From an uncultured Alphaproteobacteria bacterium (GTDB lineage: Bacteria; Pseudomonadota; Alphaproteobacteria; Rhizobiales; Xanthobacteraceae), in NCBI GenBank assembly GCA_963755885.1, contig CAVWLX010000016.1, positions 8,025 to 72,024 of the forward strand: a DNA stretch of 64,000 nt. The letters run 5' to 3'. The notes under the pieces are model-generated. The model saw nothing but the letters and a program-made list of their open reading frames with translations, was not told the origin of the DNA and searched no databases. Each line of letters opens with the position of its first letter. The stretch's first letter is position 1. The position numbers and the translations under genes are program-made. Shown here one piece after another: positions 31,159 through 40,879 of this stretch.

Positions 31159-31641
31159 ATGCCTGAAGCCGAAGCCTGGGTCGCCATCGCTTTTGTCATC
31201 TTCCTCGGTCTGCTCATCTATTTGGGCGCGCATCGTCGGGTGATTGACGGCATTGACGCGCGGCGGGCGCGCATCAAGGCCGAGCTCGATGAGGCGGTGC
31301 GACTGCGCAAAGAGGCCCAGGCGGTATTGGCCGAGTTCGAGCGCAAGGGTCGCGAGGCCGAGGGCGAAGCCGCTTCCATTATTGCCGGCGCCAAGGCCGA
31401 GGCCGAGCGCCTCGCCGTCGAAGCCAAGGCCCGAATGGAAGATTTCGTCGCGCGCCGGACCAAGATGGCGGAGGCCAAAATCGCCCTGGCCGAGGCACAG
31501 GCGTTGGCCGATGTCCGCGCTGCAGCAGCCGATACGGCGGTCGCTGCCGCCGAGAAAATTCTCGGTGCCGCGGCCAAGGGCAGGGTCGCCGAGAATTTGC
31601 TTGCACGAGGCATCGAGGACGTGAAGACGAAGTTCAATTAA
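31159..31641 (+). CDS. atpF: F0F1 ATP synthase subunit b
   Basis: TM '[19 protein letters not shown]' followed by a charged coiled helix. It is the last gene of the F0 operon. Confidence 0.85.
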   Translation: MPEAEAWVAIAFVIFLGLLIYLGAHRRVIDGIDARRARIKAELDEAVRLRKEAQAVLAEFERKGREAEGEAASIIAGAKAEAERLAVEAKARMEDFVARRTKMAEAKIALAEAQALADVRAAAADTAVAAAEKILGAAAKGRVAENLLARGIEDVKTKFN

Positions 31642-31856
31642 GCCGTCGGCCGTCCCTTCATTGCAGCTTTAGAATTACCCTGAAGCCCTGAAAAGCCGAC
31701 GCCCCGCGCCGGCAGACGACACTTTTGTGAATAATTTTGGGGGGTGGCACGCGGCCAGTCTTTGCTCACGTCCACCGCCGCCGCGTATGTTGCTGAAGGT
31801 GATTCGATTCGACGGTACGACGGCCGGGTTATCGGCCAGAAGCATCGGGGCGACCT

Positions 31857-32513
31857 GTGGTCATCTTCGATTGCAATGGCGTGCTTGTTGACAGCGAGCC
31901 GATTGCCAACGCGGTGCTGGCCGACGCCTTCGGGCGTGCCGGCGTCAGCGTGACCGCCGAAACGCTGGCGCAGCGGTTTCATGGGCGCCGGCTTTTGGAC
32001 ATTTGCAAAGTCGTGCAGGCTGCGACGAAGCGAACGATGCCGCCTGACTTCGAAGCGACGGTTGCGACGGCAACGCACCAACGCTTACGTGCCGAGCTGC
32101 GCGCCGTTCCACACGCGTGCCACGCGCTCACCTGGATCCGCGGGCCGAAGGCTGTGGCATCGTCCTCGGCGCTCGATCGCATCCGCTTGAGCCTTGAGGT
32201 TACTGATCTCCTGCGGTTCTTCGAGTCGCGCCTGTTCTCAGCAGATTTGGTGACCAAGGGAAAACCCGCGCCCGACCTGTTTCTGCTCGCGGCAGAGCGG
32301 CTTGAGGTCGACCCGACTGATTGTATCGCCGTCGAGGACTCGGCCGCGGGCGTTATTGCAGCAAAGGCCGCGGGTATGAGACCGATTGGTTTCGTCGGCC
32401 TCAGCCGCACCGAGGGCCGTCTCGCCGACGACTTGCTCGCCGCCGGAGCACGTGCGGTGATCTCCGATTTGCGTGCTCTCAAAGGTGCGATCATTGACCT
32501 GCGCGGATGGTAA
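31857..32513 (+). CDS. HAD-superfamily hydrolase (beta-phosphoglucomutase-like subfamily IA)
   Basis: Motif I 'VIFDCNGVLVDSE', 'KGKPAPDLF' and 'AVEDSAAGVIAAKAAGM'. Confidence 0.85.
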   Translation: MVIFDCNGVLVDSEPIANAVLADAFGRAGVSVTAETLAQRFHGRRLLDICKVVQAATKRTMPPDFEATVATATHQRLRAELRAVPHACHALTWIRGPKAVASSSALDRIRLSLEVTDLLRFFESRLFSADLVTKGKPAPDLFLLAAERLEVDPTDCIAVEDSAAGVIAAKAAGMRPIGFVGLSRTEGRLADDLLAAGARAVISDLRALKGAIIDLRGW

Positions 32514-32566
32514 TCGTCGTTTCAGCATCGAGCGAAGCGATGCGCAGGCAATGACGGCCAATCCGG

Positions 32567-33298
32567 TCAGTTCGCGCTGGCAGACGGCTTAGGTTTAGGC
32601 CTGCTACGGACTCGCGGCGCCGGACGCTCCTTTTGCTTGTCTTGCGCTTGGGCCGAGAGCGGATCGAAACCGACATACGCAATGTAGTCGTCGAGCGAAG
32701 ACGTCGCTATCGGCAGCGGGAAGCTCACGCCCTCCTCGACATAAGTGAACAGCCCGCCAGTCTCATCGTTACTAACCGCGACCGGAAGACGAATGAACTT
32801 GGTTGTGATCGGTCGTGCGCCGCCTGGGGTTTCCTGCACGACGGCTATTCGCAACGGGACCTCGACCTGGCCAGGCGCGCCCAAAGGTCCGACGATGACC
32901 CGTCCCTGCACGCCGATCCGCATCACGATGTTGCCGCCGACCACGGCGCAGTTGCGGGCTTCGCGCGTGAATACGCCCTGATACTTCACCGACATCGCCG
33001 ACGTGTTACCGCTCGGGCCGATGGTCAGCGTTGAAGCGCCCTGGCGGACTTCAACGGGAGGGCAATTGACCTCGGGCTGGGCGCCGACAACCGCTTGCCG
33101 CTCCTTTGCTGACGAGCCGGTGAAGAAGTCGGAGAGCGAGCTTGAGCCGCCGAAACCGTGAGCGCCGTCCGGCGGTGCAGCGCCGGGCGTGCCGAGACCG
33201 CCGCCGCTGGAGCATGCCCCCGCGCCAAGTGCGAACAAAAACGGTCCCGCGATCCATGCGCGGCGGTGCCACAATTTTCGACGGTTGCTCCCCGACAT
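32567..33298 (-). CDS. putative lipoprotein (conserved hypothetical)
   Basis: The start is set at 'MSGSNRRKLWHRRAWIAGPFLFALGAGAC' (lipobox LGAGAC). The C-terminus is low-complexity and basic. Confidence 0.55.
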   Translation of the reverse strand: MSGSNRRKLWHRRAWIAGPFLFALGAGACSSGGGLGTPGAAPPDGAHGFGGSSSLSDFFTGSSAKERQAVVGAQPEVNCPPVEVRQGASTLTIGPSGNTSAMSVKYQGVFTREARNCAVVGGNIVMRIGVQGRVIVGPLGAPGQVEVPLRIAVVQETPGGARPITTKFIRLPVAVSNDETGGLFTYVEEGVSFPLPIATSSLDDYIAYVGFDPLSAQAQDKQKERPAPRVRSRPKPKPSASAN

Positions 33299-33436
33299 TC
33301 CCCCGTCACTCTTCGCTACACCCACCGATGCCTTTGTTATATCAAGCGAACCGTGGCCATCCCAAGGCGGCGAAGGCCGGGTAGTTAACGCTGATTTCGC
33401 CAACAATCTCGTCGCGGCATTGCGTGCCTAAAGTTT

Positions 33437-34012
33437 CTAATCCCTCAACCGGGCGTAAAGCAGGTGGTCCTGCCAGAGGCCATTGATGCAAAGATATTCC
33501 CGCGCATAGCCTTCGCGCAGGAAGCCGGTGTTTTCCAACAGCCGGATCGAGCCGTTGTTGGTGGGGATGCAAGCGGCTTCGAGGCGATGCAGCCGCAGTG
33601 TGCCGAAGGCGAACGGAACAAGGGCACGCACCGCCGCGGTCATATAGCCGTGCCGCGCGAACGGCTGGCCCATCCAGTAGCCCAGGCTGCCGGCTTGGGC
33701 GACCCCGCGGCGCATATTGGCGAGCGTCAACCCGCCAAGGAGCGCATTGTCGGAACTGCGGAAGATCAGGAAGGCATAGCCCTGGTCGGTGCGCAGGTCC
33801 TCGGCATAGCGCCTGATCCTGCGGCGAAAGGCGCTCCGGCTCAGGTCATCGGCCGGCCAGATCGGTTCCCAAGGCATCAGAAATTCGCGGCTTTGCTCCC
33901 GCAACGCCGCCCAGTCGCCGTAATCCGTGGTTTGCGGCGTGCGCAGCACGACGCCCTCGCCGACAATAGACGGCAGCGGCTCGACGAAGTTGATGGTGCG
34001 AAAAAACGCCAT
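33437..34012 (-). CDS. GNAT-family N-acetyltransferase (RimJ/RimL-like)
   Basis: 'GSLGYWMGQPFARHGYMTAAVRALVPFAF..LRLHRLEAACIPTNNGSIRLLENTGF' is the acetyl-CoA binding core. Confidence 0.8.
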   Translation of the reverse strand: MAFFRTINFVEPLPSIVGEGVVLRTPQTTDYGDWAALREQSREFLMPWEPIWPADDLSRSAFRRRIRRYAEDLRTDQGYAFLIFRSSDNALLGGLTLANMRRGVAQAGSLGYWMGQPFARHGYMTAAVRALVPFAFGTLRLHRLEAACIPTNNGSIRLLENTGFLREGYAREYLCINGLWQDHLLYARLRD

Positions 34013-34046
34013 TGCCCCTGCTCAGCGGCAAAAACATTCTCCGCTC

Positions 34047-34111
34047 ATTCCCATGAAAATGGGAATCCAGCGTTGGTGATGCAAAAACCGGGTCCCCGCT
34101 TTCGCGGGGAC
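34047..34111. repeat. pair of REP hairpins (ATTCCCA..TGGGAAT and GTCCCCGC..GCGGGGAC family)
   Basis: ATTCCCATGAAAATGGGAAT (34047-34066) and GTCCCCGCTTTCGCGGGGAC (34092-34111). The same family occurs at 38165-38229. Confidence 0.7.
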
Positions 34112-34139
34112 GAACGGACTCTGTATCCGGATTTTATGG

Positions 34140-35411
34140 TCATGCGGCCCGGAGCGTCAGAGTCTCGGCAATCGCTGCCGCGCTTTCAAGTCCTGACCCC
34201 AGTCCCAACACCGCTATAGCTGGCTTGCCGCGGGCGATCAGCGCGCGACCAGCGGCGCGTGCGCTCTCGACCGTCACCGCTTCGACCTTCTGCACCACTT
34301 CGTGGAGCGGTATCGGCCGGCCCCACACCATCATCTGCCGTGCCAGTTGTCCGATCCGCTCGCCCGAGCTTTCCAGCGCCATGAGAAGCCCAGCCTTCAT
34401 CTGCGCCTTGGAGCGCGCGATCTCGGCTTCGGAAATCGTCTCGGCGGCGTTGGCAATCTCCTCGACGATGAGCCGCATCAGCTCCGAAGTGTCGGCGGCA
34501 TCGGTACCGGCATACAGCCCGAACATGCCGACGTCGGAGTAGGGCGCATGGAACGAATAGATCGAGTAGCAAAGGCCGCGCTTCTCGCGCGCTTCCTGAA
34601 ACAGCCGGGACGACATGCCGCCGCCTACAATGTTGGTGAAGGTCTGCAAGCTGTACAGCGACGGGTCAGTCTGGGGCAGGCCGGGCAGGGCAAGCGCGAT
34701 ATGCACCTGTTCAAGCTCGCGCTTCTCGACATGGGCGCCGCCGCCAAACCGCGCCGCCCCCGGCGAAGGTCCGGCGGGTCCATTGAAGCTCGCGAAGTGC
34801 TTCTCCGCTTCGGCAACGACCGCCGCATGATCGACCGCGCCAGCGGCGGCGATCACGATGTCGGGGCCGCGATAATGCCGGTCAAGGTAGTCGCGCAGTT
34901 TCCCGCCGTCGAAGGAACGCACCGTCTTCGCCGTGCCGAGTATCGAGCGGCCAAGCGGCTGATCGGGAAACGCGATGGCCTGCAGATGCTCAAAAATCAG
35001 ATCGTCGGGCGTATCGGCGACAGCGCCGATTTCCTGGACGATGACGTTCTGCTCGAGCGTGAGTTCGTCGCGGGCGAAGGCCGGCTCGGAAAGAATGTCA
35101 GCCAAGACGTCGAGCGCGAGCGGCACGTCGGCCTTGAGCACGCGTGCGTAATAGGCGGTGCTCTCCGCGCTGGTGGCCGCGTTGAGATCGCCGCCGACCG
35201 CCTCGATTTCCTCTGCGATCTGTCGTGCTGTGCGCCGCCGCGTGCCCTTGAACGCCATGTGTTCGAGGAAATGCGAGATACCGTGCTCGTCATGCCGTTC
35301 ACCGCGGCTGCCGGTATTGACCCACACGCCCAGCGAAGCGGTCTCAAGGTGCGGCATGGTATCGGTCACCACGTTGATGCCCGATTTCAAAGTCGTCACC
35401 GCTACGCTCAT
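34140..35411 (-). CDS. M16-family (pitrilysin/MPP-like) zinc peptidase
   Basis: Inverted zinc motif HxxEH in 'GISHFLEHMAFKGT'. About 420 aa. Confidence 0.9.
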   Translation of the reverse strand: MSVAVTTLKSGINVVTDTMPHLETASLGVWVNTGSRGERHDEHGISHFLEHMAFKGTRRRTARQIAEEIEAVGGDLNAATSAESTAYYARVLKADVPLALDVLADILSEPAFARDELTLEQNVIVQEIGAVADTPDDLIFEHLQAIAFPDQPLGRSILGTAKTVRSFDGGKLRDYLDRHYRGPDIVIAAAGAVDHAAVVAEAEKHFASFNGPAGPSPGAARFGGGAHVEKRELEQVHIALALPGLPQTDPSLYSLQTFTNIVGGGMSSRLFQEAREKRGLCYSIYSFHAPYSDVGMFGLYAGTDAADTSELMRLIVEEIANAAETISEAEIARSKAQMKAGLLMALESSGERIGQLARQMMVWGRPIPLHEVVQKVEAVTVESARAAGRALIARGKPAIAVLGLGSGLESAAAIAETLTLRAA

Positions 35412-36823
35412 GCCGCCGCTCCTTCCTGTGCGGCACGGCTTGTCGCCATGACAAAACGCTCGACCGCAGACTGATCCGCCGGTAGCACCGTGACGTGCTC
35501 CGGCCGCTCACTAAGATCTGAAAGCCATTCCGGCAGAGGCGGCCGCTGGCCACAGGCCGCTTCGACTGCCTCGGGGAATTTGGCCGGATGCGCGGTCGCC
35601 AGCACCACCATCGGCACGGCGGGATCGCGCGGTTCCTTCTCGGCCACCGCAATGCCGACCGCAGTGTGCGGGTCGACGAAATTGCCGGTCTCACGTTTGA
35701 CCGTTCGGATGGTCGCGGCGACTTCTTCCTCATCGGCGCGATCCGCCGTAAACAGCGCGCAAATCTGCGACAGCGCCGGCGCCGACAATGTGAACCGCCG
35801 CGATTGCGCGAGCGACCCCATCAGCGCCCGCACCGCGTTGCTGTCGCGGTCATAGACATCGAACAGCAAGCGTTCAAAATTGGACGCCACCTGGATGTCC
35901 ATCGACGGCGACGTGGTCGGCACCACATCGCGCAGCTCATAAGTTCCGGTGGCAAGCGTCCGCGCCAGGATGTCGTTGACGTTGGTGGCAATCACCAGCC
36001 GTTCGATCGGCAATCCCATGCGCTGCGCTACGTAGCCGGCATAGACGTCGCCAAAATTCCCGGTCGGAACGGTGAACGCAACTTTGCGATGGGGCGCGCC
36101 GAGCGATACCGCGGCGGTGAAGTAATAGACCGCCTGCGCCACGATGCGCGCCCAGTTGATCGAATTGACGCCGGACAGGCGCACCCGGTCGCGAAAGGCG
36201 GAATGATTGAACAGTCCCTTCACAATCGTCTGGCAGTCATCGAAGGTGCCGTCGATGGCGAGCGTGTGGATATTGGCTGCCGCCGCCGTCGTCATCATCC
36301 GCCGCTGTACAGCGGAAATGCGCCCCTGCGGAAACAGTACGATCAGGTCGACCTGACTTCGACCGCGAAACGCTTCGACGGCGGCGCCGCCGGTATCGCC
36401 CGAGGTCGCAACCACGATGGTCCGGCGCTCGCCGCGCGCCGCCAGCGCGTGATCCATCAGCCGCGCCAACAGTTGCATCGCCACGTCCTTGAACGCAAGC
36501 GTAGGGCCGTGGAACAGCTCAAGGGCGAAGGTGTTCACGCCGAGTTGGGTGAGCGGCGCGACCGCGGAATGGCGGAAATTGCCGTACGCTTCGCGCGCCA
36601 TGCGGGCGAGATCGGCGTCGCGGATGGAATCGGCGGTAAACAGCCGGATCACCTCGACCGCGACTTCGGCATAGGGCCGCCCGGCGAAGCCAAGAATGGT
36701 CGCCCCGTCGAGCCGCGGCCAGGCTTCCGGCACATAAAGACCGCCGTCGCGGGCAAGACCCGCGAGCATCGCCTCGGTAAATCCGAGTGCCGGTGCCTCG
36801 CCCCTGGTGGAAATATGACGCAA
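35408..36823 (-). CDS. thrC: threonine synthase
   Basis: 'MRHISTRGEAPALGFTEAMLAGLARDGGLYVPE', with the PLP lysine in 'GPTLAFKDVAMQ'. 471 aa, long form. Confidence 0.95.
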   Translation of the reverse strand: MRHISTRGEAPALGFTEAMLAGLARDGGLYVPEAWPRLDGATILGFAGRPYAEVAVEVIRLFTADSIRDADLARMAREAYGNFRHSAVAPLTQLGVNTFALELFHGPTLAFKDVAMQLLARLMDHALAARGERRTIVVATSGDTGGAAVEAFRGRSQVDLIVLFPQGRISAVQRRMMTTAAAANIHTLAIDGTFDDCQTIVKGLFNHSAFRDRVRLSGVNSINWARIVAQAVYYFTAAVSLGAPHRKVAFTVPTGNFGDVYAGYVAQRMGLPIERLVIATNVNDILARTLATGTYELRDVVPTTSPSMDIQVASNFERLLFDVYDRDSNAVRALMGSLAQSRRFTLSAPALSQICALFTADRADEEEVAATIRTVKRETGNFVDPHTAVGIAVAEKEPRDPAVPMVVLATAHPAKFPEAVEAACGQRPPLPEWLSDLSERPEHVTVLPADQSAVERFVMATSRAAQEGAAA

Positions 36824-36954
36824 CCGATAGCTTCCCTGCTGCCCCGAGCCGTCCGGGGCACGCCTAACTTATTGATTTCCCGAGATGTTCGCTGCGGGCG
36901 GCATGCTGCCGCCGGTCCCGGACCTGAGCCACAATTATAGAAGGCCGGGGCGTT

Positions 36955-37731
36955 TCACAAGGAAGACGAAGGCGCGTTACCCGCGCTCTCGCGGCCGGAT
37001 TTGACGGCCCATACGACGAAGACCACGGCAAGAACGAGCGCCAGGCCGTACCAGGTCACAGCGTATTGCAGGTGGTTGTCGGGCAGGCTGGGCAAGAGCT
37101 TGCCGGGCTGGGGCCAGCCGCCGGCCGGCACCGGCGATTCCTGTTCCACATAGAACGGGGCAACAGGACCCCAGCCCTTGGCGGCGGCGATCGGTGCCGG
37201 GTCGCGCGCGAACCAGAGGTTTTCAGTCGGGCTGCCCTTTGGGGTGAACCAATGAGACGCTTCCGGCCAACGCATCGCCCCGGTGATCTCGACGATTCCC
37301 GGATTTACCCGGTTCGACAGCGTCTTTGCGACCGCCAGCGGCATGAAGCCACGGTTGACAACCACGACGCTGCCGTCCGCAAGCCGCGCCGGAGTGAATA
37401 TCCAGAAGCCCTGACCTTTTACATCCGGGCGGAAGGCGGAAGCGGCCGCGAAGACGAACGCCTCTTTGGCGGTCTCGAATTCGGCCCTGAACGTCACGCG
37501 GCGGTATTCGTTGCCCGTTTGATCGAGGGCGGGCCAGGCCGCGGCAGAGGGCAATGGCGCGGGCGGAGCTTGCAACCGCTCGGTCAGCGTCGCAATCAAT
37601 TGCTCTTTCCAGGCTTTGCGCTGGATTTGCCAGGTGCCGAGAGCAAGCAGAACCGCAAAAGCTAGCGCCGCCGGAATGAGCAGGCTCAGCCACGAACGCT
37701 TCTTTATTTTTACCGCCGCCGGCGCACTCAC
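36955..37731 (-). CDS. SURF1-family cytochrome oxidase biogenesis protein
   Basis: N- and C-terminal TM helices. 'GTWQIQRKAWKEQLI' and 'NHLQYAVTWYGLA' are SURF1 hallmarks. Confidence 0.9.
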   Translation of the reverse strand: MSAPAAVKIKKRSWLSLLIPAALAFAVLLALGTWQIQRKAWKEQLIATLTERLQAPPAPLPSAAAWPALDQTGNEYRRVTFRAEFETAKEAFVFAAASAFRPDVKGQGFWIFTPARLADGSVVVVNRGFMPLAVAKTLSNRVNPGIVEITGAMRWPEASHWFTPKGSPTENLWFARDPAPIAAAKGWGPVAPFYVEQESPVPAGGWPQPGKLLPSLPDNHLQYAVTWYGLALVLAVVFVVWAVKSGRESAGNAPSSSL

Positions 37732-38126
37732 GGCTCGCCCGCGCCGAACCGCCTCTCCGCAGCTTTGTGATGGTATTGCAGCGCGATCAACAAGCCTTTC
37801 ATCGGACGCAACGGACCAAGCGTGACGATGAGGATGAGCGGTAGCCAGAGCGCCGCGTGCACCCAGAACGGCGGTTGATAGACGACCTCGGTGATCAGCG
37901 CGGCGGCGACCACAATGAAGCCAGCGATGAGGATGATAAAGACCGCCGGTCCGTCACCGGCATCAGCGAAGCCATAATCGAGCCCGCAAACTTCGCAGCG
38001 CGGCCGCAAGGTCAAAAATCCGCGGAACAGTTTGCCCTTGCCGCAACGTGGACAGGCGCACAGCAATCCGGTGAGGATCGATCCTGAAAGCGTGTCGATG
38101 TTCTTTTCGACGTTCTTTTCGGTCAT
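37728..38126 (-). CDS. DUF983 domain protein (zinc-ribbon plus 2 TM)
   Basis: 'CPRCGKGKLFRGFLTLRPRCEVCGLDY' CxxC...CxxC followed by two TM helices. Its conserved position is between ctaE and surf1. Confidence 0.8.
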   Translation of the reverse strand: MTEKNVEKNIDTLSGSILTGLLCACPRCGKGKLFRGFLTLRPRCEVCGLDYGFADAGDGPAVFIILIAGFIVVAAALITEVVYQPPFWVHAALWLPLILIVTLGPLRPMKGLLIALQYHHKAAERRFGAGEP

Positions 38127-38164
38127 GTGCGCTTTCGGCTAGTTACGCTTTCGTCCAGCCGCTC

Positions 38165-38229
38165 GTCCCCGCGCAAGCGGGGACCCATTCTTTGATCTTC
38201 CGCCTGGATTCTCGCTTTCGCGGGAATGA
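38165..38229. repeat. pair of REP hairpins downstream of ctaE
   Basis: GTCCCCGCGCAAGCGGGGAC (38165-38184) and ATTCTCGCTTTCGCGGGAAT (38208-38227). Confidence 0.7.
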
Positions 38230-38254
38230 GGCAGACAGCTGTTGCCCGCCAGCG

Positions 38255-39124
38255 CTACTCGGGCAGCGGCACGCCGGCGCCCCAGACGTAGATACAGGCG
38301 AACAGGAACAGCCACACCACGTCGACAAAGTGCCAGTACCAGGCCGCAAATTCAAAGCCGAGGTGCTGGGTCGGCGTGAATTGGCCGGCAATCGCTCGGA
38401 CCAGGCAGACGATCAGGAAGATCGAACCGATGATGACATGGGCGCCATGAAATCCGGTCGCCATGAAGAAAGTAGCGCCATAGATGTTGCCCGAATAGTG
38501 AAACGCCGCGTGCGCGTATTCGTAAGCCTGTACGCAGGAGAAGGTGACGCCGAGCGCGATGGTGCACACGAGACCCCAGATCAGTCCCTTGCGGTTGTTC
38601 TCAAGCAGCGCGTGATGGGCCCAGGTCACCGTCGTGCCTGAGGTGAGCAGGATCAGCGTGTTCAGAAGCGGCAGGTGCCAGGGATCGAAGGTGTGAATTG
38701 TCTTTGGCGGCCATACGCCCCCGGTCACCGCTATCCGCGCTATGTCCTTGAGCTCATCCGGAAACAGCGCGGTGTTGAAATAGGCCCAGAACCAGGCCAC
38801 GAAGAACATGACCTCCGAAGCAATGAACAGGATCATCCCGTAGCGGTGCGAGATCTGCACCACGCGGGTATGGTCGTGCTCGACTTCGGCTTCGTGTATC
38901 ACATCGCGCCACCAGCCGATCATGGTGTAGGCGACGCCGATGCCGCCGACGCCGAGAATGATCGGCGCATAGGCGACCACGTGATGCATCCACAGGATCA
39001 GCCCGAAGGCGGTGATGAATGCCGAAGTGGCGCCGACCGCCGGCCACGGACTGGGATTGACCAGGTGGTAGTCGTGGTGCGGTTTGGCGTGTGCGGCATC
39101 AGCCATCGTCGTCTTCTCCACCAT
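38255..39124 (-). CDS. ctaE: cytochrome c oxidase (aa3) subunit III
   Basis: 'HDYHLVNPSPWP', 'FFMATGFHGAHVIIG' and 'AAWYWHFVDVVWLFLF'. Confidence 0.95.
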   Translation of the reverse strand: MVEKTTMADAAHAKPHHDYHLVNPSPWPAVGATSAFITAFGLILWMHHVVAYAPIILGVGGIGVAYTMIGWWRDVIHEAEVEHDHTRVVQISHRYGMILFIASEVMFFVAWFWAYFNTALFPDELKDIARIAVTGGVWPPKTIHTFDPWHLPLLNTLILLTSGTTVTWAHHALLENNRKGLIWGLVCTIALGVTFSCVQAYEYAHAAFHYSGNIYGATFFMATGFHGAHVIIGSIFLIVCLVRAIAGQFTPTQHLGFEFAAWYWHFVDVVWLFLFACIYVWGAGVPLPE

Positions 39125-39163
39125 GGCGCGACCTTAAAAAGCGGGCGCGCCGTTTTGTTGCCC

Positions 39164-39769
39164 CTAGATAGGGCCGGACTTTGCCGGCGTTTCCCCTTCC
39201 GCCGCCGCCTGATCCGGCACCTGCGCCGGATAGAAGGTGTAGGAGAGGGTGATGAGTTTGACGCCGTTCTGCTCGGCATCGTCGGCGAGCTTCGGATCGA
39301 CGTAGAAAACCACCGCCATGTCGCGTTTCTCGCCCGGCTTCATGGTCTGCTCGGTAAAGCAGAAACAGTTGATCTTCTCAAAGTAGATGCCGGCGGTCGG
39401 CGGGCTGACATTGTAGCCGGCCTGTCCCGCGGTCACGCGCGCAGCTTGGTTGGTGACGGCGTAGTAGACCGTGACGACCTGACCGAGCTTGACGTCGATG
39501 GTTCTGCGTTCGGGCTCGAACCGCCACGGCAGCCCCGCGGCAACGTTGGAGTCGAAGCGCACCGTCATGGAGCGATCGGAAACCTGCGCCGGCGCCACCT
39601 TTGCCACCTGGGTCGTGCCGCCATAACCGGTGGTGCGGCAAAACCATGAATAGAACGGCACGGCTGCGAACGACAGCCCAACCATCGACGCCACCAAACC
39701 GCCGCAGCAGAAGGCGACGAAGACGTCGTGGCGGAGCCTCGGCGGCGGATGCGGCGTTTCGGTGCTCAT
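39164..39769 (-). CDS. ctaG: cytochrome c oxidase assembly protein CtaG/Cox11
   Basis: TM anchor followed by '[17 protein letters not shown]' and '[13 protein letters not shown]' (the copper-binding CFCF motif). Confidence 0.95.
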   Translation of the reverse strand: MSTETPHPPPRLRHDVFVAFCCGGLVASMVGLSFAAVPFYSWFCRTTGYGGTTQVAKVAPAQVSDRSMTVRFDSNVAAGLPWRFEPERRTIDVKLGQVVTVYYAVTNQAARVTAGQAGYNVSPPTAGIYFEKINCFCFTEQTMKPGEKRDMAVVFYVDPKLADDAEQNGVKLITLSYTFYPAQVPDQAAAEGETPAKSGPI

Positions 39770-39782
39770 CGCGTCGAGAATC

Positions 39783-39965
39783 TCATAGCGGGCGTACCAG
39801 CACCCCGGGCCCCTTCACCAGCGTCACGATGTAGAACAGGATTACGAGTACGCCAAGCGCGACCGCGATGGCGACGGAGCGCGCGCGCCGGGCGCGCAAT
39901 TGCTGTTCCGTCAGTCTGATGCCGGTTTCCGGCTTATCCTCGTTCATAACCGCGCCCGCTATCAT
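39783..39965 (-). CDS. small single-TM protein between ctaB and ctaG (CoxF-like position)
   Basis: 60 aa, '[22 protein letters not shown]'. Its start overlaps the ctaB stop. Confidence 0.55.
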   Translation of the reverse strand: MIAGAVMNEDKPETGIRLTEQQLRARRARSVAIAVALGVLVILFYIVTLVKGPGVLVRPL

Positions 39966-40879
39966 GCCGCGAACCGGCCGATCACCTCAGCGGAAACCCG
40001 ATCGACCAGCAACATGGCAAACAACAGGAACAAATAAAGGATCGAGAAGGCGAACATCTGCTTGCTGGCGGTGTGGCCGTTTCGTTCGGCGCGGAGACGA
40101 AAGGCCAGCGCGACGATAGCGGCTCCGGCCACGACCGCGACAATGCCGTACACCGCGCCGGCGTAGCCGAGAAACCATGGCGCAGCGCCAAGCGGCGCAA
40201 GAATGAGCGCGTAAACCAGGATCTGGCGCCGCGTCGCCGCCTCGCCGGCAACCACCGGCAACATCGGTATGCCGGCGCGGGCGTAATCCTCGGAGCGGAA
40301 CAGCGACAGCGCCCAGAAATGCGGCGGCGTCCAGAAGAAGATGATGAGGAAGAGAAGCGTAGGCTCGATCGCGATGCTGCCGGTCGCCGCCGCCCAGCCG
40401 ATCATCGGTGGTAATGCGCCGGCGGCGCCACCGATAACGATGTTCTGCGGTGTCGAGCGCTTGAGCCACATCGTGTAAACGAAGACATAGAAACCGATCG
40501 ACACCGCGAGCAAGGCAGCCGCGATCACGTTGACCAGCAGGCCGAGCACCACCACGGCGCCGACCGCGAGCGTAACGCCGAAGGCGAGCGCCTCACCCGG
40601 CGCTATTCGTCCAGCGGGAACCGGCCGCGCCGCGGTCCGCTCCATCAGTGCGTCGATGTCGGCGTCGTACCACATGTTGAGCGCGCCGGCGGCGCCCGCA
40701 CCCACCGCGATGCAAATGAGCGCCGTGAGCGCGATGACCGGATGCAGATGGATCGGCGCGATCAGGAGGCCGACGAGCGCTGTGAACACCGCAAGCGACA
40801 TCACCCGCGGCTTCATCAGCTCCAGATAGTCGCCGACACCCGCAATGCTGGGTTCGACGCGCGCGGCGGTGACGCTCAT
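39962..40879 (-). CDS. ctaB: protoheme IX farnesyltransferase (heme O synthase)
   Basis: '[12 protein letters not shown]', '[17 protein letters not shown]' and '[12 protein letters not shown]'. ATGA overlap with ctaD. Confidence 0.95.
   Translation of the reverse strand: MSVTAARVEPSIAGVGDYLELMKPRVMSLAVFTALVGLLIAPIHLHPVIALTALICIAVGAGAAGALNMWYDADIDALMERTAARPVPAGRIAPGEALAFGVTLAVGAVVVLGLLVNVIAAALLAVSIGFYVFVYTMWLKRSTPQNIVIGGAAGALPPMIGWAAATGSIAIEPTLLFLIIFFWTPPHFWALSLFRSEDYARAGIPMLPVVAGEAATRRQILVYALILAPLGAAPWFLGYAGAVYGIVAVVAGAAIVALAFRLRAERNGHTASKQMFAFSILYLFLLFAMLLVDRVSAEVIGRFAA

Noticed and set aside
29176-31641. F0-only ATP synthase operon (no F1 genes adjacent) as an anomaly
   Set aside because: A split of F0 (atpIBEF'F) from F1 operons, and duplicated b/b' genes, are the normal arrangement in many Alphaproteobacteria.
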